DNA of 64,000 bases, taken from contig JBEPYN010000001.1 in NCBI GenBank assembly GCA_041641305.1, positions 320,001 through 384,000 of the forward strand. Direction: 5' to 3'. Made by a program: the position numbers and the translations under genes. The notes under the pieces are model-generated. The model was not told the DNA's origin. It was given only the letters and a program-made list of their open reading frames with translations, and did not search any database. The stretch is from Nitrososphaerota archaeon. GTDB lineage: Archaea; Thermoproteota; Nitrososphaeria_A; Caldarchaeales; Caldarchaeaceae. Positions 27,497-36,901 of this stretch are shown piece by piece; the stretch's first letter is position 1, and every line of letters starts with the position of its first letter.

Positions 27497-28462
27497 GTGA
27501 ACCGATATATTTTGCTGGGTGCGGCAATAGCGTTGGCTGCAGCGCCTTTTCTCGTCGGACTCAACGAATACTATCTCTTCCTCGTAACCCTGATACTCTT
27601 GTACACAACTATCGTGGTGGCTTGGCAGCTTATCGGAGGCTATGGCGGCCAGCTTGACCTCGGCGCCGGAGCCTATCATGGACTCGGGGCTGTGATAACA
27701 GGTTTCCTGATGGTAAACTATGGAATATCGGGATGGGTTGGGCTCGTTGTCAGCGGAGCAGCCGCGGCGGGTGTCGCTTTCCTAATCGGATACCCAAGCT
27801 TCAGGCTGGGGCTGAAGGAGGTTTGGTACGCCCTTTCCTCCCTCGCCCTCGTACTCATACTTCAGAAAATTTTCCTCCTATGGACAGATGTCGCAGGCCC
27901 CCTCGAACGCTACATACCATACGCCGAATTCGACCCAGTCTTCATGCGAGCGGGGACAAAAATCTTCTACTACTATATCGCCGCAGCTCTTCTCGCGGTC
28001 ACCTTCTACATCGTCGCGCGGATACGCCGGAGCAAAACAGGCCTCTACCTCATAAGCATCAGGGAGAACGAGGAGGCTGCTGAGATGCTCGGCGTCGACG
28101 TAAGACGCTACAAGCTACAGGCCCTCATGATATACAGCTTCATAGCGGCGGTGACAGGCGGGATCTATGCAAGCATGGTTGGCTTCTACCATCCAACACT
28201 CTTCGACAGCTGGATAAGCATCCAGACAGCGACCCTTGCAATAGTAGGAGGGCTCGGCCACCTTCTCGGGCCACCAATAGTCTCGATAATCCTGCTCACT
28301 GTCCAGGAATATCTGAGAATCACCCTCGGCGCGGTGGTCATCGGCCTCCACCAAGTCATCTTCGGCATAATCCTCGTAATCATCATTATGTTTAAGCCGG
28401 ATGGGCTTGGGCCTGTGATTGACTCTTTGGCTAAGCGGTTGACAAGCTCGGTGAGTAGGTGA
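27497..28462 (+). CDS. livM: ABC permease LivM-like
   Basis: GYGGQLDLG, SIRENEEAAEMLGVD, VGGLG, PDGL. Confidence 0.9.
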   Translation: MNRYILLGAAIALAAAPFLVGLNEYYLFLVTLILLYTTIVVAWQLIGGYGGQLDLGAGAYHGLGAVITGFLMVNYGISGWVGLVVSGAAAAGVAFLIGYPSFRLGLKEVWYALSSLALVLILQKIFLLWTDVAGPLERYIPYAEFDPVFMRAGTKIFYYYIAAALLAVTFYIVARIRRSKTGLYLISIRENEEAAEMLGVDVRRYKLQALMIYSFIAAVTGGIYASMVGFYHPTLFDSWISIQTATLAIVGGLGHLLGPPIVSIILLTVQEYLRITLGAVVIGLHQVIFGIILVIIIMFKPDGLGPVIDSLAKRLTSSVSR

Positions 28463-29193
28463 TGAGCTTGGATGCCTTGGTTCTTGAGGGGGTTTCCAAA
28501 AACTTTGGAGCACTCGCGGCCTTGAACAACGTCAACATGCGTATCCGAGTCGGTGAGATAGTGGGCTTGATCGGCCCAAACGGCGCCGGAAAAACAACGC
28601 TCTTCAACGTCGTCACAGGCTTCATCAAACCCGACAGAGGAAGGGTGAAACTTTTCGGAGAAGATGTCACAGGTCTTCAGCCTCACCAAATAGCTGCAAG
28701 AGGCGTGGGACGCACCTTCCAGATCGTTAAACCATTTCTAGGCATGACCGTCTACGAAACAGTTCTCGTCGGAGCATATCTTAGAGAGAAAGACGCTGAG
28801 AAAGCCATGCAGAGAGCCGAGGAATCCATGAAGCTTACGGGGGTTTATCATCTGAGGGATAGGTATGCGCGGGAGCTGAACACTCCCCAGCTGAAGCTTG
28901 TGGAGCTGGCGCGGAACCTCGCAACGCAGCCGAAGCTTCTGATGCTTGACGAGATAGTCGCCGGTTTGACGCCGGCGGAGGTTGACACCATGACCGCGCT
29001 TGTGAAAAGGATACGGGATGAGAGAGGTGTCACGGTTCTGCTGGTGGAGCATGTGATGAGGTTTGTCATGAACATCTCGGACAGGGTTGTGGTGCTGAAC
29101 TACGGTGAAGTAATCGCGGAAGGCACACCCGCCGAGGTGAGCAGCAACCTCAAGGTCATCGAAGCCTATCTCGGAGGAAAAACCGGTGCATAA
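28459..29193 (+). CDS. livG: ABC ATP-binding LivG-like
   Basis: GPNGAGKTTLFN, RTFQIVKPF, LDE..AGL, VIEAYLG. Confidence 0.92.
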   Translation: MMSLDALVLEGVSKNFGALAALNNVNMRIRVGEIVGLIGPNGAGKTTLFNVVTGFIKPDRGRVKLFGEDVTGLQPHQIAARGVGRTFQIVKPFLGMTVYETVLVGAYLREKDAEKAMQRAEESMKLTGVYHLRDRYARELNTPQLKLVELARNLATQPKLLMLDEIVAGLTPAEVDTMTALVKRIRDERGVTVLLVEHVMRFVMNISDRVVVLNYGEVIAEGTPAEVSSNLKVIEAYLGGKTGA

Positions 29194-29203
29194 ACAGGTG
29201 ACT

Positions 29204-29917
29204 ATGATGACGCTTCTCGAGACAAAAGTGTTAAACGCCGGCTACGGTCCTCTCCAAATTCTCTGGAACATAGACCTCAGGGTTGAGGAGAGGTCGGTCA
29301 CAGCCTTGATAGGGGCGAACGGCGCCGGCAAAACAACTTTGATAAAGGTTTTGACAGGTTTGCTCAAACCCTACAGCGGAAAAGTATTCTTCAAGGGCGT
29401 GGATGTCACCGGGTATCCCGCTCATCGGATGAAGCAGATGGGGATGTCGCTTGTTCCGGAGGGGCGGAGGCTTTTTCCCAACCTCACGGTGTGGGACAAC
29501 CTTCTGATGGGTGCCTACATGCTTCGGCAGCGGGAGGATTTTGAGAAGCGGCTTGAGTTTGTTTTTGAGCTTTTCCCTGTGTTGAGGGAGAGAAAGAACC
29601 AGCCTGCGCGTCTGCTCAGCGGCGGAGAAGCTCAGATGCTAGCCATAGCAAGGGCCCTCATAGCACCCGCCGACCTGCTTATCGTCGACGAACCAAGCAG
29701 CGGCCTCGCGCCCAAGCTCGTCGACCTAATCTTCAAAAAACTCGAGGAACTCCGCGAAAGAGGGTTAACCATCCTCGTCGTAGACCAGTTCGTCGAAAGA
29801 GCCCTCTCCATAAGCGACACAGCCTACGTCATGGAAAACGGCAAAATAGCCATACAGGGCCCCAGCACAGAAGTCGCCAACAACGAACACCTCAAAAAAA
29901 CATACCTCGGCCTATGA
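29204..29917 (+). CDS. livF: ABC ATP-binding LivF-like
   Basis: GANGAGKTT, VPEGRRLF, LSGGEAQMLAIARAL, DEPSSGLAP. Confidence 0.92.
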   Translation: MMTLLETKVLNAGYGPLQILWNIDLRVEERSVTALIGANGAGKTTLIKVLTGLLKPYSGKVFFKGVDVTGYPAHRMKQMGMSLVPEGRRLFPNLTVWDNLLMGAYMLRQREDFEKRLEFVFELFPVLRERKNQPARLLSGGEAQMLAIARALIAPADLLIVDEPSSGLAPKLVDLIFKKLEELRERGLTILVVDQFVERALSISDTAYVMENGKIAIQGPSTEVANNEHLKKTYLGL

Positions 29918-29918
29918 A

Positions 29919-29993
29919 TGGGCCCGGTGGGATTCGAACCCACGGCCACCAGGTTATGAGCCTGGCGCTCTAACCTGGCTGAGCTACGGGCCC
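29919..29993 (-). tRNA. tRNA-Ile(CAT) (Ile2), intron-less
   Basis: Reverse complement GGGCCCGTAGCTCAG...CCAGG-CTCATAA-CCTGG...GGTTCGAATCCCACCGGGCCCA. The GGGCCC acceptor stem fits archaeal Ile tRNAs better than Met tRNAs. Confidence 0.85.
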
Positions 29994-30030
29994 GGTCCGC
30001 CTTTTTTCGATGTTTTCGGGATTATATAAC

Positions 30031-30327
30031 TCATTTTTCGAGGAAGTGGTTGATGGTTGTGTATCGGCTGTCTATTTGCATGGTTTTTCGGAGGGTTTCC
30101 TCGAGCTGTCGGAGCCTCCCCTCGTGTGAGAGGAGAAGTGACATGGTGAAGGTGTCGAAGGTTCTGCGGAGGGGGTTCATGGTCCCCGCGTGGACGTAGC
30201 GGAATGCCTGGTTAACCAAGTTGTCGAAAGCTTCTCGCTCCTCTCTGCGGAGGGCTTCTCTGAAGCTTGACCATCCACGCACCTCTTCCTCGAGAAGCTG
30301 GCGATAGGTTGCGGCGTTCCGCCCCAT
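30031..30327 (-). CDS. small helical protein resembling the PolB2-associated PPB2 (arCOG07300-like) family
   Basis: MGRNAATYR...W..FREALRREEREAFD.L...MSLLL.HE.RL..LE pattern recalled from small proteins encoded beside archaeal polB2. Confidence 0.55.
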   Translation of the reverse strand: MGRNAATYRQLLEEEVRGWSSFREALRREEREAFDNLVNQAFRYVHAGTMNPLRRTFDTFTMSLLLSHEGRLRQLEETLRKTMQIDSRYTTINHFLEK

Positions 30328-30384
30328 GCCACGTAAACTGTTTCAACGGCTGTTGATAAGTTGAGAGAGCTGTCCGAAAATGCG

Positions 30385-31704
30385 TCAACCCCTGTTTACG
30401 ACGAAGACGCTGTATCTGCTGCAGCTTTCCGATGAGACGGCCACACGCACGGCCGCCAGCCCATCCACTCTTGCCTCCCCGTGTCCACCCGGCTCAACCG
30501 TCAAAGTTTCATAGGTGAACCAGCTCCATTCCCAAGCCTTCCCCGTGTCCACGATTGGAGAACATGTGGCAAGCAGACGCAGCTTCAGCCTGCCGTTGCC
30601 ATGGTTGAGGACATGCAACACGGTTTCCCGCCACTCAAATGTCTCGATAGGCGGGTCGAGAAGCTCCTCATCACCAGCCGTTTCATGGTTCCAGGCCAGC
30701 AGCCACGACAGCGCTCCGCCGCGGGGAGGCTCAAGAAGCTCATAGACAGTGGAATAGTTGTCGCCGTCCCAGTCAATCAACCCCAAAAACCCGTTCGGAG
30801 TGAGGAAGACATGGGTTGTCTCAAACAGGCCCTGCGACGTGGGCCTGTAGAAGCATCTGCCGTCGATGAAGGAAAATGGCTTGGAGACACCCCATCTTGG
30901 TCTGCAGTCTTTGTCGACGGCCACGAATCCGCCGCCTGCTTCCTGGTTGAAGACGGTTAGGTTTCCGTCCAGCTCAGCCAGCCCCATCCTCACAGCCGCG
31001 TGAGGCTTCAGCGCCCAGGTACAGTTTCTCGACATGTCCTGTGGGGGACAGCTCCACACAACCTCGCCATCCTCTTCACGCAGCTCATACACACCGCGGA
31101 TGTCTTGGTTCACCGCGGCCAGCAGGTCTCCGCCAAAGCTGTTGCTATGCACCGAGCTCGGTGTTTTGCCGGGTATGCGGGATAGCTTAGCCAACCCTTT
31201 GCCAAGCTCTCTGCTCCAAATGATTTTTCCCTCACCGTCTATGCGCCGCAGCATCCCGTTACCATAATCGGTCGTCAACACGTGTTCATGGTCTTTTGTG
31301 GGCACGATGTCGTGGGCCCATTTTGCGTCGGGGAAGCCGATGCTCCATTTCACGGATTTGGTTTTTCGGTCTATGACGATGTAGCGGTTGTCAAGGTCTG
31401 CGCAGATGATGTCTCCGGGTTTGGCGTTTAAGCCGGGGAGATGCTCGGTGACGAGCCGGGCGATGTGGGGGTTTGACGTGAGCTGGGAACCGGTTACCCT
31501 GTGCTCCCAAATGATTTGCTTTTTCTCAGGATGGTAAATGAATGCTGAGCGACGGGTGTGGGGGTCGGCCATGACAACAACCATGTCTCCCGTCACGGGG
31601 TCGTAGACATATTCGGCGAAATGCGGGGTGTATCCTCTTTTACGGAAAAGTATCTGAGCCCTGCAGCCAGCGACCGCGGCCATGCCTATAGCGGGGTCCA
31701 CCAT
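30385..31704 (-). CDS. beta-propeller protein (PQQ-like/arylsulfotransferase-like repeats) with C-terminal beta-sandwich
   Basis: Repeated IIWEH / VKWSI / GKIIWS / GEVVWS / RPRWG blade motifs; His motifs PH, HD, TH. Confidence 0.6.
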   Translation of the reverse strand: MVDPAIGMAAVAGCRAQILFRKRGYTPHFAEYVYDPVTGDMVVVMADPHTRRSAFIYHPEKKQIIWEHRVTGSQLTSNPHIARLVTEHLPGLNAKPGDIICADLDNRYIVIDRKTKSVKWSIGFPDAKWAHDIVPTKDHEHVLTTDYGNGMLRRIDGEGKIIWSRELGKGLAKLSRIPGKTPSSVHSNSFGGDLLAAVNQDIRGVYELREEDGEVVWSCPPQDMSRNCTWALKPHAAVRMGLAELDGNLTVFNQEAGGGFVAVDKDCRPRWGVSKPFSFIDGRCFYRPTSQGLFETTHVFLTPNGFLGLIDWDGDNYSTVYELLEPPRGGALSWLLAWNHETAGDEELLDPPIETFEWRETVLHVLNHGNGRLKLRLLATCSPIVDTGKAWEWSWFTYETLTVEPGGHGEARVDGLAAVRVAVSSESCSRYSVFVVNRG

Positions 31705-31751
31705 CTCATAACCGTTTACGGATTTATGGAGGCATAGGGCCTCTGTTACGG

Positions 31752-33230
31752 TTGTCTCTGCAGAGGCGGCAGTTGTACAAGGAGCTTATCTCGACAGCTG
31801 TTAGCGAAGGGTTTCAACTGACGGAGAAAGCACTCCGCCGCCTCGAGGAATACAGCAACCCCTACCAAGCGCTCACCGCAACCATCGAGAGACTGAAGAA
31901 AACCAGGCCCGAGGCCGTGGTAATAGACGTCGACGACCTCCAGCAGCCTGTTGAAAAACCAGCCGAGCCAACCCCGCCGCCTCCACAAGAAAAACCCATA
32001 CACATTCCACGTCTCGAGACACGCTCAGTCATAGACAACGACTACAAGATAGAGGGTGAGATAGAGGAGTTTAGAAGCTATTTTCTCAGCAGATACCATC
32101 TCATCAAACGCATCCTCTCGAAACGTCGTCTCGAGTTCACACCGGTCTCCGAGGTCCCCGCGCTGCGGGACGGCGGAGAGACTGTTGTGGCTGTGATGAT
32201 TCTTTTTAAGAAGGAGGGGCCCAGCAACATAAGGATAACTTGTGACGACCCATCTGGGCAGATGGAGGTCGTCGCCTCCAAAAGAAACCAGCAAATCTAC
32301 AAACATGCTCTCGAGCTTTTGACAGACACGGTTGTGGCCATGAGGATAAAACGTTTAGGCGGAGTCAACATACTCACCGAAATAATTCATCCCGACGTCG
32401 ATGAACAACAGCTGAGAAAAACGCCGCAGACCGAGGAAGCCTACGTATGCCTCATCTCAGACATACATGTCGGGAGCAGACATTTCCGGCGGGATTATTT
32501 CGAGAATTTTCTCGACTGGCTTAACCGTGGGAGAGATGGTGTTGTCAAACGCTTGACTCATCTCGTCATAGGCGGAGACCTTGTTGAGGGTGTAGGCATT
32601 TACCCTGGCCAGGAAAAAGACCTACTGTATAGGAATGTTGAGGAGCAGCTCAGGGAAGCGGGAAAACTCCTCGCCGAAATACCCCAGAACATCGAGATAA
32701 TCTTCATACCCGGCAACCACGAGCCTGTACGGAAAGCTTTGCCGCAGCCGCCTCTACACGACCGTCATAGAAAACTGCTGGACGAGCAGAGAAAAATGAT
32801 TCATTTATCCAATCCCGCGGAGCTTGTTTTTGACGGTAAGAGGATAACCGTCTACCACGGTCAAGGCCTCGACGACATCATACAATCTCTTCCAACCGCG
32901 TCCTACAGCACTCTCCCCGAAAACGCGGCCGAAGTCGTTACAGCCCTGCTGAGATATAGGCATCTCGCACCCATCTACGGAGGCAGTGCACAGCTTCTCC
33001 CCTCTAAGGAGGATATGCTGGTGATTGTTGAGCAGCCGCATCTCCTACAGACGGGTCACATCCATGTTTTGGTCAACACATCATACAGGGGAGTCAGGCT
33101 AGTGAACGCCGCTGCTTGGCAGGACCAGACTGATTATCAGAAGTCCCTTGGGCTTGAGCCGGATGTTGGATACGCAGCGGTCCTAAACCTAGCATCCATG
33201 AACGTGGAGATGAAGTCTTTCGCATCCTAA
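31752..33230 (+). CDS. dp1: DNA polymerase D small (proofreading) subunit DP1
   Basis: OB fold (DDPSG) and calcineurin-like motifs ISDIHVGS, GDLVEG.GIYPGQ, PGNH, YHG..LDD, RHLAP.YG, GHIH. Confidence 0.95.
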   Translation: MSLQRRQLYKELISTAVSEGFQLTEKALRRLEEYSNPYQALTATIERLKKTRPEAVVIDVDDLQQPVEKPAEPTPPPPQEKPIHIPRLETRSVIDNDYKIEGEIEEFRSYFLSRYHLIKRILSKRRLEFTPVSEVPALRDGGETVVAVMILFKKEGPSNIRITCDDPSGQMEVVASKRNQQIYKHALELLTDTVVAMRIKRLGGVNILTEIIHPDVDEQQLRKTPQTEEAYVCLISDIHVGSRHFRRDYFENFLDWLNRGRDGVVKRLTHLVIGGDLVEGVGIYPGQEKDLLYRNVEEQLREAGKLLAEIPQNIEIIFIPGNHEPVRKALPQPPLHDRHRKLLDEQRKMIHLSNPAELVFDGKRITVYHGQGLDDIIQSLPTASYSTLPENAAEVVTALLRYRHLAPIYGGSAQLLPSKEDMLVIVEQPHLLQTGHIHVLVNTSYRGVRLVNAAAWQDQTDYQKSLGLEPDVGYAAVLNLASMNVEMKSFAS

Positions 33231-33775
33231 ACAGGCTTCGCCAACGCCTTCCAAAACAACATACCTTTCCTGAAGCCGGTTACCTTGTACCCCGTCTCCT
33301 CGAGAATGGATAGAACATGGCGGGGGCTCGTACCATGTCCCAGCATCCGTGAGCTGATTGGGTCGAGAATGTAGACCAACCCATCGTCCACAAGCTTGCT
33401 TCGAAGCGTTTCGAGAGATTTTCTGATGTCGGCTAGGTGATGGAGGCTGAAGAGATACGCGGCCCGGTCGACGACGTGATTGGGTACACCCTCTAAATCT
33501 TCTCCAGCTGTTTTCAGAACCTTTACGTTATCCATACCCAAGGCCGAGGCCCTCTCCTTAACCGTCTCAAGATACTCCTCCGAAACATCCACAGCATAGA
33601 CCACGCCCCCTTCTCCAACAACCCTGGCCGCGGGGAATGTGAGAAACCCTTTTCCGCATCCAATGTCGAGAAAACGATGCATATGCTTCAGCCCTATTTC
33701 CTCGAGGATTTTGAAAGGGTTTTGGATAAGCCTTCTCAGAGGAGACCCTATCACAGCAGACTCGCAGCCACCCAC
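33227..33775 (-). CDS. class I SAM-dependent methyltransferase
   Basis: FLDIGCGKG, VYAVDVS, SLHH. Confidence 0.9.
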   Translation of the reverse strand: MGGCESAVIGSPLRRLIQNPFKILEEIGLKHMHRFLDIGCGKGFLTFPAARVVGEGGVVYAVDVSEEYLETVKERASALGMDNVKVLKTAGEDLEGVPNHVVDRAAYLFSLHHLADIRKSLETLRSKLVDDGLVYILDPISSRMLGHGTSPRHVLSILEETGYKVTGFRKGMLFWKALAKPV

Positions 33776-33855
33776 ACCAACGCAAAATAATGAACGATAT
33801 ATATGGATACATGTGTTGTAGACAACTTTTTTAGGCGAAAAACGGGTTCGGAACC

Positions 33856-34164
33856 GTGTCCCATCGGGTTAGGGTCTGCAGAGAGGATGAGCTTGGCGAA
33901 GGTGATATGAGGGTTGTTGAAGCGGGCGGTGAACAGGTTCTTGTCCTCCGTCACAAGGGAAAAATCTACGCAGTCTCCAACATATGCACACATGAATATG
34001 CCGAGCTCGTCAACGGGCTCGTGGTCGACGGAACAATAACATGTCCCGTGCACCTTTCACGTTTCCGGCTGGAGACGGGGGAGGTTCTCAACCCGCCCGC
34101 GGCAAAAAACCTCAAAACCTACAAGGTTCAAGTTCTCGAAGGCGAGATATTTGTCGAAACCTGA
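33856..34164 (+). CDS. Rieske-type [2Fe-2S] ferredoxin
   Basis: CTH...CPVH..RF.L.TG; 102 aa. Confidence 0.93.
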   Translation: MSHRVRVCREDELGEGDMRVVEAGGEQVLVLRHKGKIYAVSNICTHEYAELVNGLVVDGTITCPVHLSRFRLETGEVLNPPAAKNLKTYKVQVLEGEIFVET

Positions 34165-35105
34165 CTTATCTTCTCCATTTCCCCCCTCTCGATAAACCTT
34201 ATGGCCTCCATCGCGGCCATGCAGCCGAATCCAGCAGCTGTAATCGCCTGCCTATACTTCTTATCATGAACGTCGCCCGCGGCAAAGACTCCCTTCACAC
34301 TCGTCATCATACCATCCTTGAGCTTGATGTATCCCTCCTCATCCATTTCAAGCTGTCCCGCGAAAATCTCGGTGTTGGGTTTGTGTCCAATAGCCACGAA
34401 AACCGACTCCGTTTTGATGATCTTTTCCTCACCTGTTTTGAGGTTCCTGACACGCACCGCCTCAACCTTGTTTTCTCCCAAGATTTCGGTGACCACGCTA
34501 TTCCATATGAACTCTATACGTGGGTTGTTTCTCGCCCTCTCGGCCAAAACTTTTGAAGCCCGTAGTGTATCTCTTCTATGCACCACGATAACTTTCTCCA
34601 CCAAGTTGCTGAGGTAGAGGGCGTACTCCATAGCAGTGTCCCCGCCACCCACCACAACCGATGTAGAAGATCCCTTGAAGAGTGGGCCGTCGCATGTGGC
34701 GCAGCTGGAGACACCTCTTGCCAGAAGCCTCTTCTCACCCTCAACCCCGAGCCACTTCGGCGAAGCGCCCGTCGCCACGATCACGACCCTTGCCCTGTAA
34801 ACATCTTCACCGACGTAAACCTCGAACGGGTGCTTGGAGAAATCCACACCGGTCGCGTTGTCGTAAATAATTTCAGCTCCCTGGTTTTCAGCCTGCTGCC
34901 TCATGTTCTCCATAAGCTCTGGGCCGATAACACCGTTTGCGAAACCGGGATAGTTCTCCACCTCACGCGTCAGCATAAGCTGTCCACCTGCCTCAATCCC
35001 CGCTATAACCAGTGTCTTCAGGTTCGCTCGGCAAGTGTATATCGCGGCCGTGTACCCCGCGGGGCCTCCACCAATCACCACCACATCATAGACATCATCC
35101 ATCAT
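34128..35105 (-). CDS. trxB: thioredoxin-disulfide reductase
   Basis: IGGGPAG, CATCDG, VVGGGDTA, HRR, FAAGDV, QAITAAG. Confidence 0.97.
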   Translation of the reverse strand: MMDDVYDVVVIGGGPAGYTAAIYTCRANLKTLVIAGIEAGGQLMLTREVENYPGFANGVIGPELMENMRQQAENQGAEIIYDNATGVDFSKHPFEVYVGEDVYRARVVIVATGASPKWLGVEGEKRLLARGVSSCATCDGPLFKGSSTSVVVGGGDTAMEYALYLSNLVEKVIVVHRRDTLRASKVLAERARNNPRIEFIWNSVVTEILGENKVEAVRVRNLKTGEEKIIKTESVFVAIGHKPNTEIFAGQLEMDEEGYIKLKDGMMTSVKGVFAAGDVHDKKYRQAITAAGFGCMAAMEAIRFIERGEMEKISQVSTNISPSRT

Positions 35106-35198
35106 GAATTATCACTTCATCCACATAATTAAATGTTAAACATCCACGAACGGTGTAGGTTGAAAACCTATATCAAACGGTTGCGTCGCAGTTTTGAT

Positions 35199-35510
35199 AT
35201 GGCGAAAGCTGTTAAAGTGGCCACCGCCTCTGAGCTTCCGCCAGGAGCTATGAAGACTTTCGATGTCGAGGGCAAGCTCATTCTCGTCGCTAACGTTGAC
35301 GGCGTTTATTATGCCATGGACGCTATCTGTAGCCACGAGGAGTGGGACCTTTCGGAGGGTATGCTGGAGGATACACGAGTTACATGCGCGGGACACGGCG
35401 CTGTATGGGACCTGAGAACAGGCACCGCCGAGTTTGACGAGGAGCTTCCTCCACTAAAAACCTATAAAACCCTCCTCAAGGACGGTGAAGTGTTCATCGA
35501 GATCGAATAA
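35199..35510 (+). CDS. Rieske-type [2Fe-2S] ferredoxin
   Basis: CSH...CAGHGAVWDL.TG; ATG 35199 lies about 28 nt after a TATA-like box. Confidence 0.92.
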   Translation: MAKAVKVATASELPPGAMKTFDVEGKLILVANVDGVYYAMDAICSHEEWDLSEGMLEDTRVTCAGHGAVWDLRTGTAEFDEELPPLKTYKTLLKDGEVFIEIE

Positions 35511-35512
35511 AC

Positions 35513-36037
35513 ATGAAGAGATATCCATTTGTGTGCACAAACTGTGGCGCCGAATACATGCTTCAGGCGTGGAAGGCTGTTTGCCCTAACTGCGGCGCCG
35601 AGTATACGCTTGAGGCGAAGCCTGAAAAACCTCTGAAAAGCAGCGCGGCACCCCAGATAATTGGAGCGGCTGCACTGTTTGGATATGTTGTTAGCAGCTT
35701 CTTCTTACCAGATGTTTTCTCTGTTCTCGGCCCTGGGCTGGCTCCATTCGCCATGGGGGCCGCTGTTCTTCTGGCTTTGCTCATGCTAACCGGCTCCTAC
35801 ATCTTCATCGGCGCGGCTCTAACGCTGTCTCTAGCCACCATGGCTTACCATTTCCTCGGGTCTTCGGTGGATGCGTTGCCGGGTCTGGTTTTAGCAGCCG
35901 TGACAGCGGCGGGTTCAGGTATAGCCCTCAGCAGAATAAGACTTCATGGAAGAAGGAAGGCGAAGGAGACTGATGCGAGAGCTATGCCCGAGTATTCCGG
36001 ATGGGGTGCTCCTCGAGAAGACGCTGAAAAACCCTGA
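35513..36037 (+). CDS. zinc-ribbon membrane protein
   Basis: CTNCG...CPNCG followed by four TM segments; starts 2 nt after the Rieske stop. Confidence 0.75.
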   Translation: MKRYPFVCTNCGAEYMLQAWKAVCPNCGAEYTLEAKPEKPLKSSAAPQIIGAAALFGYVVSSFFLPDVFSVLGPGLAPFAMGAAVLLALLMLTGSYIFIGAALTLSLATMAYHFLGSSVDALPGLVLAAVTAAGSGIALSRIRLHGRRKAKETDARAMPEYSGWGAPREDAEKP

Positions 36038-36524
36038 ACGCGTTTTCGTCATAGAGGACGAACATCACCTTCTTGAGGCCGCTGTTTTCTCGGAGCAGAT
36101 AATCTATCACAGCTGTGACAATTACTCTTGCGGCGTCTTCGAGCGGGTACCCGAATGCTCCGGTTGAGATGGCGGGCATCGCTATCGATGTGAGGTTGTA
36201 GGTGTCGGCGAGTTTGAGGCTGTTGATGACCGCGTCCCTCAGCTTCCGCTCTTCGTCTCCCTCACCCATCCGAGGCCCAACAGCGTGAATAACATACCGG
36301 GCCCTAAGCTTTCCAGCACCTGTTATCACCGCCCCACCAACAGGGCAATACCCAATCCTGTCACATTCCTCCTGAATGCTTGGGCCTCCTTTCCGCAGAA
36401 TAGCCCCCGCGACACCGCCACCCATTTTAAGCCACTTGTTAGCAGCGTTAACAATAGCGTCAGCCTCAACCTCCGTAATATCACCCTTTAAACAAATCAC
36501 CTCGGTCTCTCGGACCTTAACCAT
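35982..36524 (-). CDS. macro domain protein (ADP-ribose binding/hydrolase, Af1521-like)
   Basis: GDIT..EADAIVNAAN..L.MGGGVAGAI, VIHAVGP, AMPAISTGAFG; ATG 36524 lies about 27 nt after TTTATA. Confidence 0.95.
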   Translation of the reverse strand: MVKVRETEVICLKGDITEVEADAIVNAANKWLKMGGGVAGAILRKGGPSIQEECDRIGYCPVGGAVITGAGKLRARYVIHAVGPRMGEGDEERKLRDAVINSLKLADTYNLTSIAMPAISTGAFGYPLEDAARVIVTAVIDYLLRENSGLKKVMFVLYDENAFRVFQRLLEEHPIRNTRA

Positions 36525-36583
36525 TACAGGACCATTTTCGCGATTGGTCTCTATAAATTTCACCATGCTTAGCTTTCTCTGGG

Positions 36584-36901
36584 ATGGCCTGGCTCGTGGA
36601 GGTGTTTGTTCAGGGCAGGGGATGGACACCGCTTCGGCAAGTCTTCGGCCACAGCGGTGTTGTCGAGGGGTTTGATGAGGCTCTTTCTCTGGGATGCTCG
36701 GTTGTTTTGAAAAGTGTTGAGAGGGCGTCGCGGGCTGCGGGGGCTAGCGCAGGAGATGTTGTCGGTTTCCGTGTTAGAGAGGTCTCTAGCGAGCCTGAGC
36801 CGTTGCCGCCGGATGCTGTGAAATGGGATGATGTACGTCACAGGTTTTTCCGGCGAGGTAGCGCATATCTCCTCTACAAGTCTTGGAGCTGGCCCGATTG
36901 A
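36584..36901 (+). CDS. hypothetical protein
   Basis: 105-aa ORF whose TGA overlaps the next ATG (TGATG coupling). Confidence 0.6.
   Translation: MAWLVEVFVQGRGWTPLRQVFGHSGVVEGFDEALSLGCSVVLKSVERASRAAGASAGDVVGFRVREVSSEPEPLPPDAVKWDDVRHRFFRRGSAYLLYKSWSWPD

Noticed and set aside
29919-29993. tRNA-Met call from the CAT anticodon
   Set aside because: It lacks the initiator A1-U72 pair and the three consecutive G-C anticodon-stem pairs; the acceptor stem matches the Ile type.
35982-36524. Macro domain as part of a toxin or defence module
   Set aside because: No ADP-ribosyltransferase or sirtuin neighbour; the context is housekeeping.
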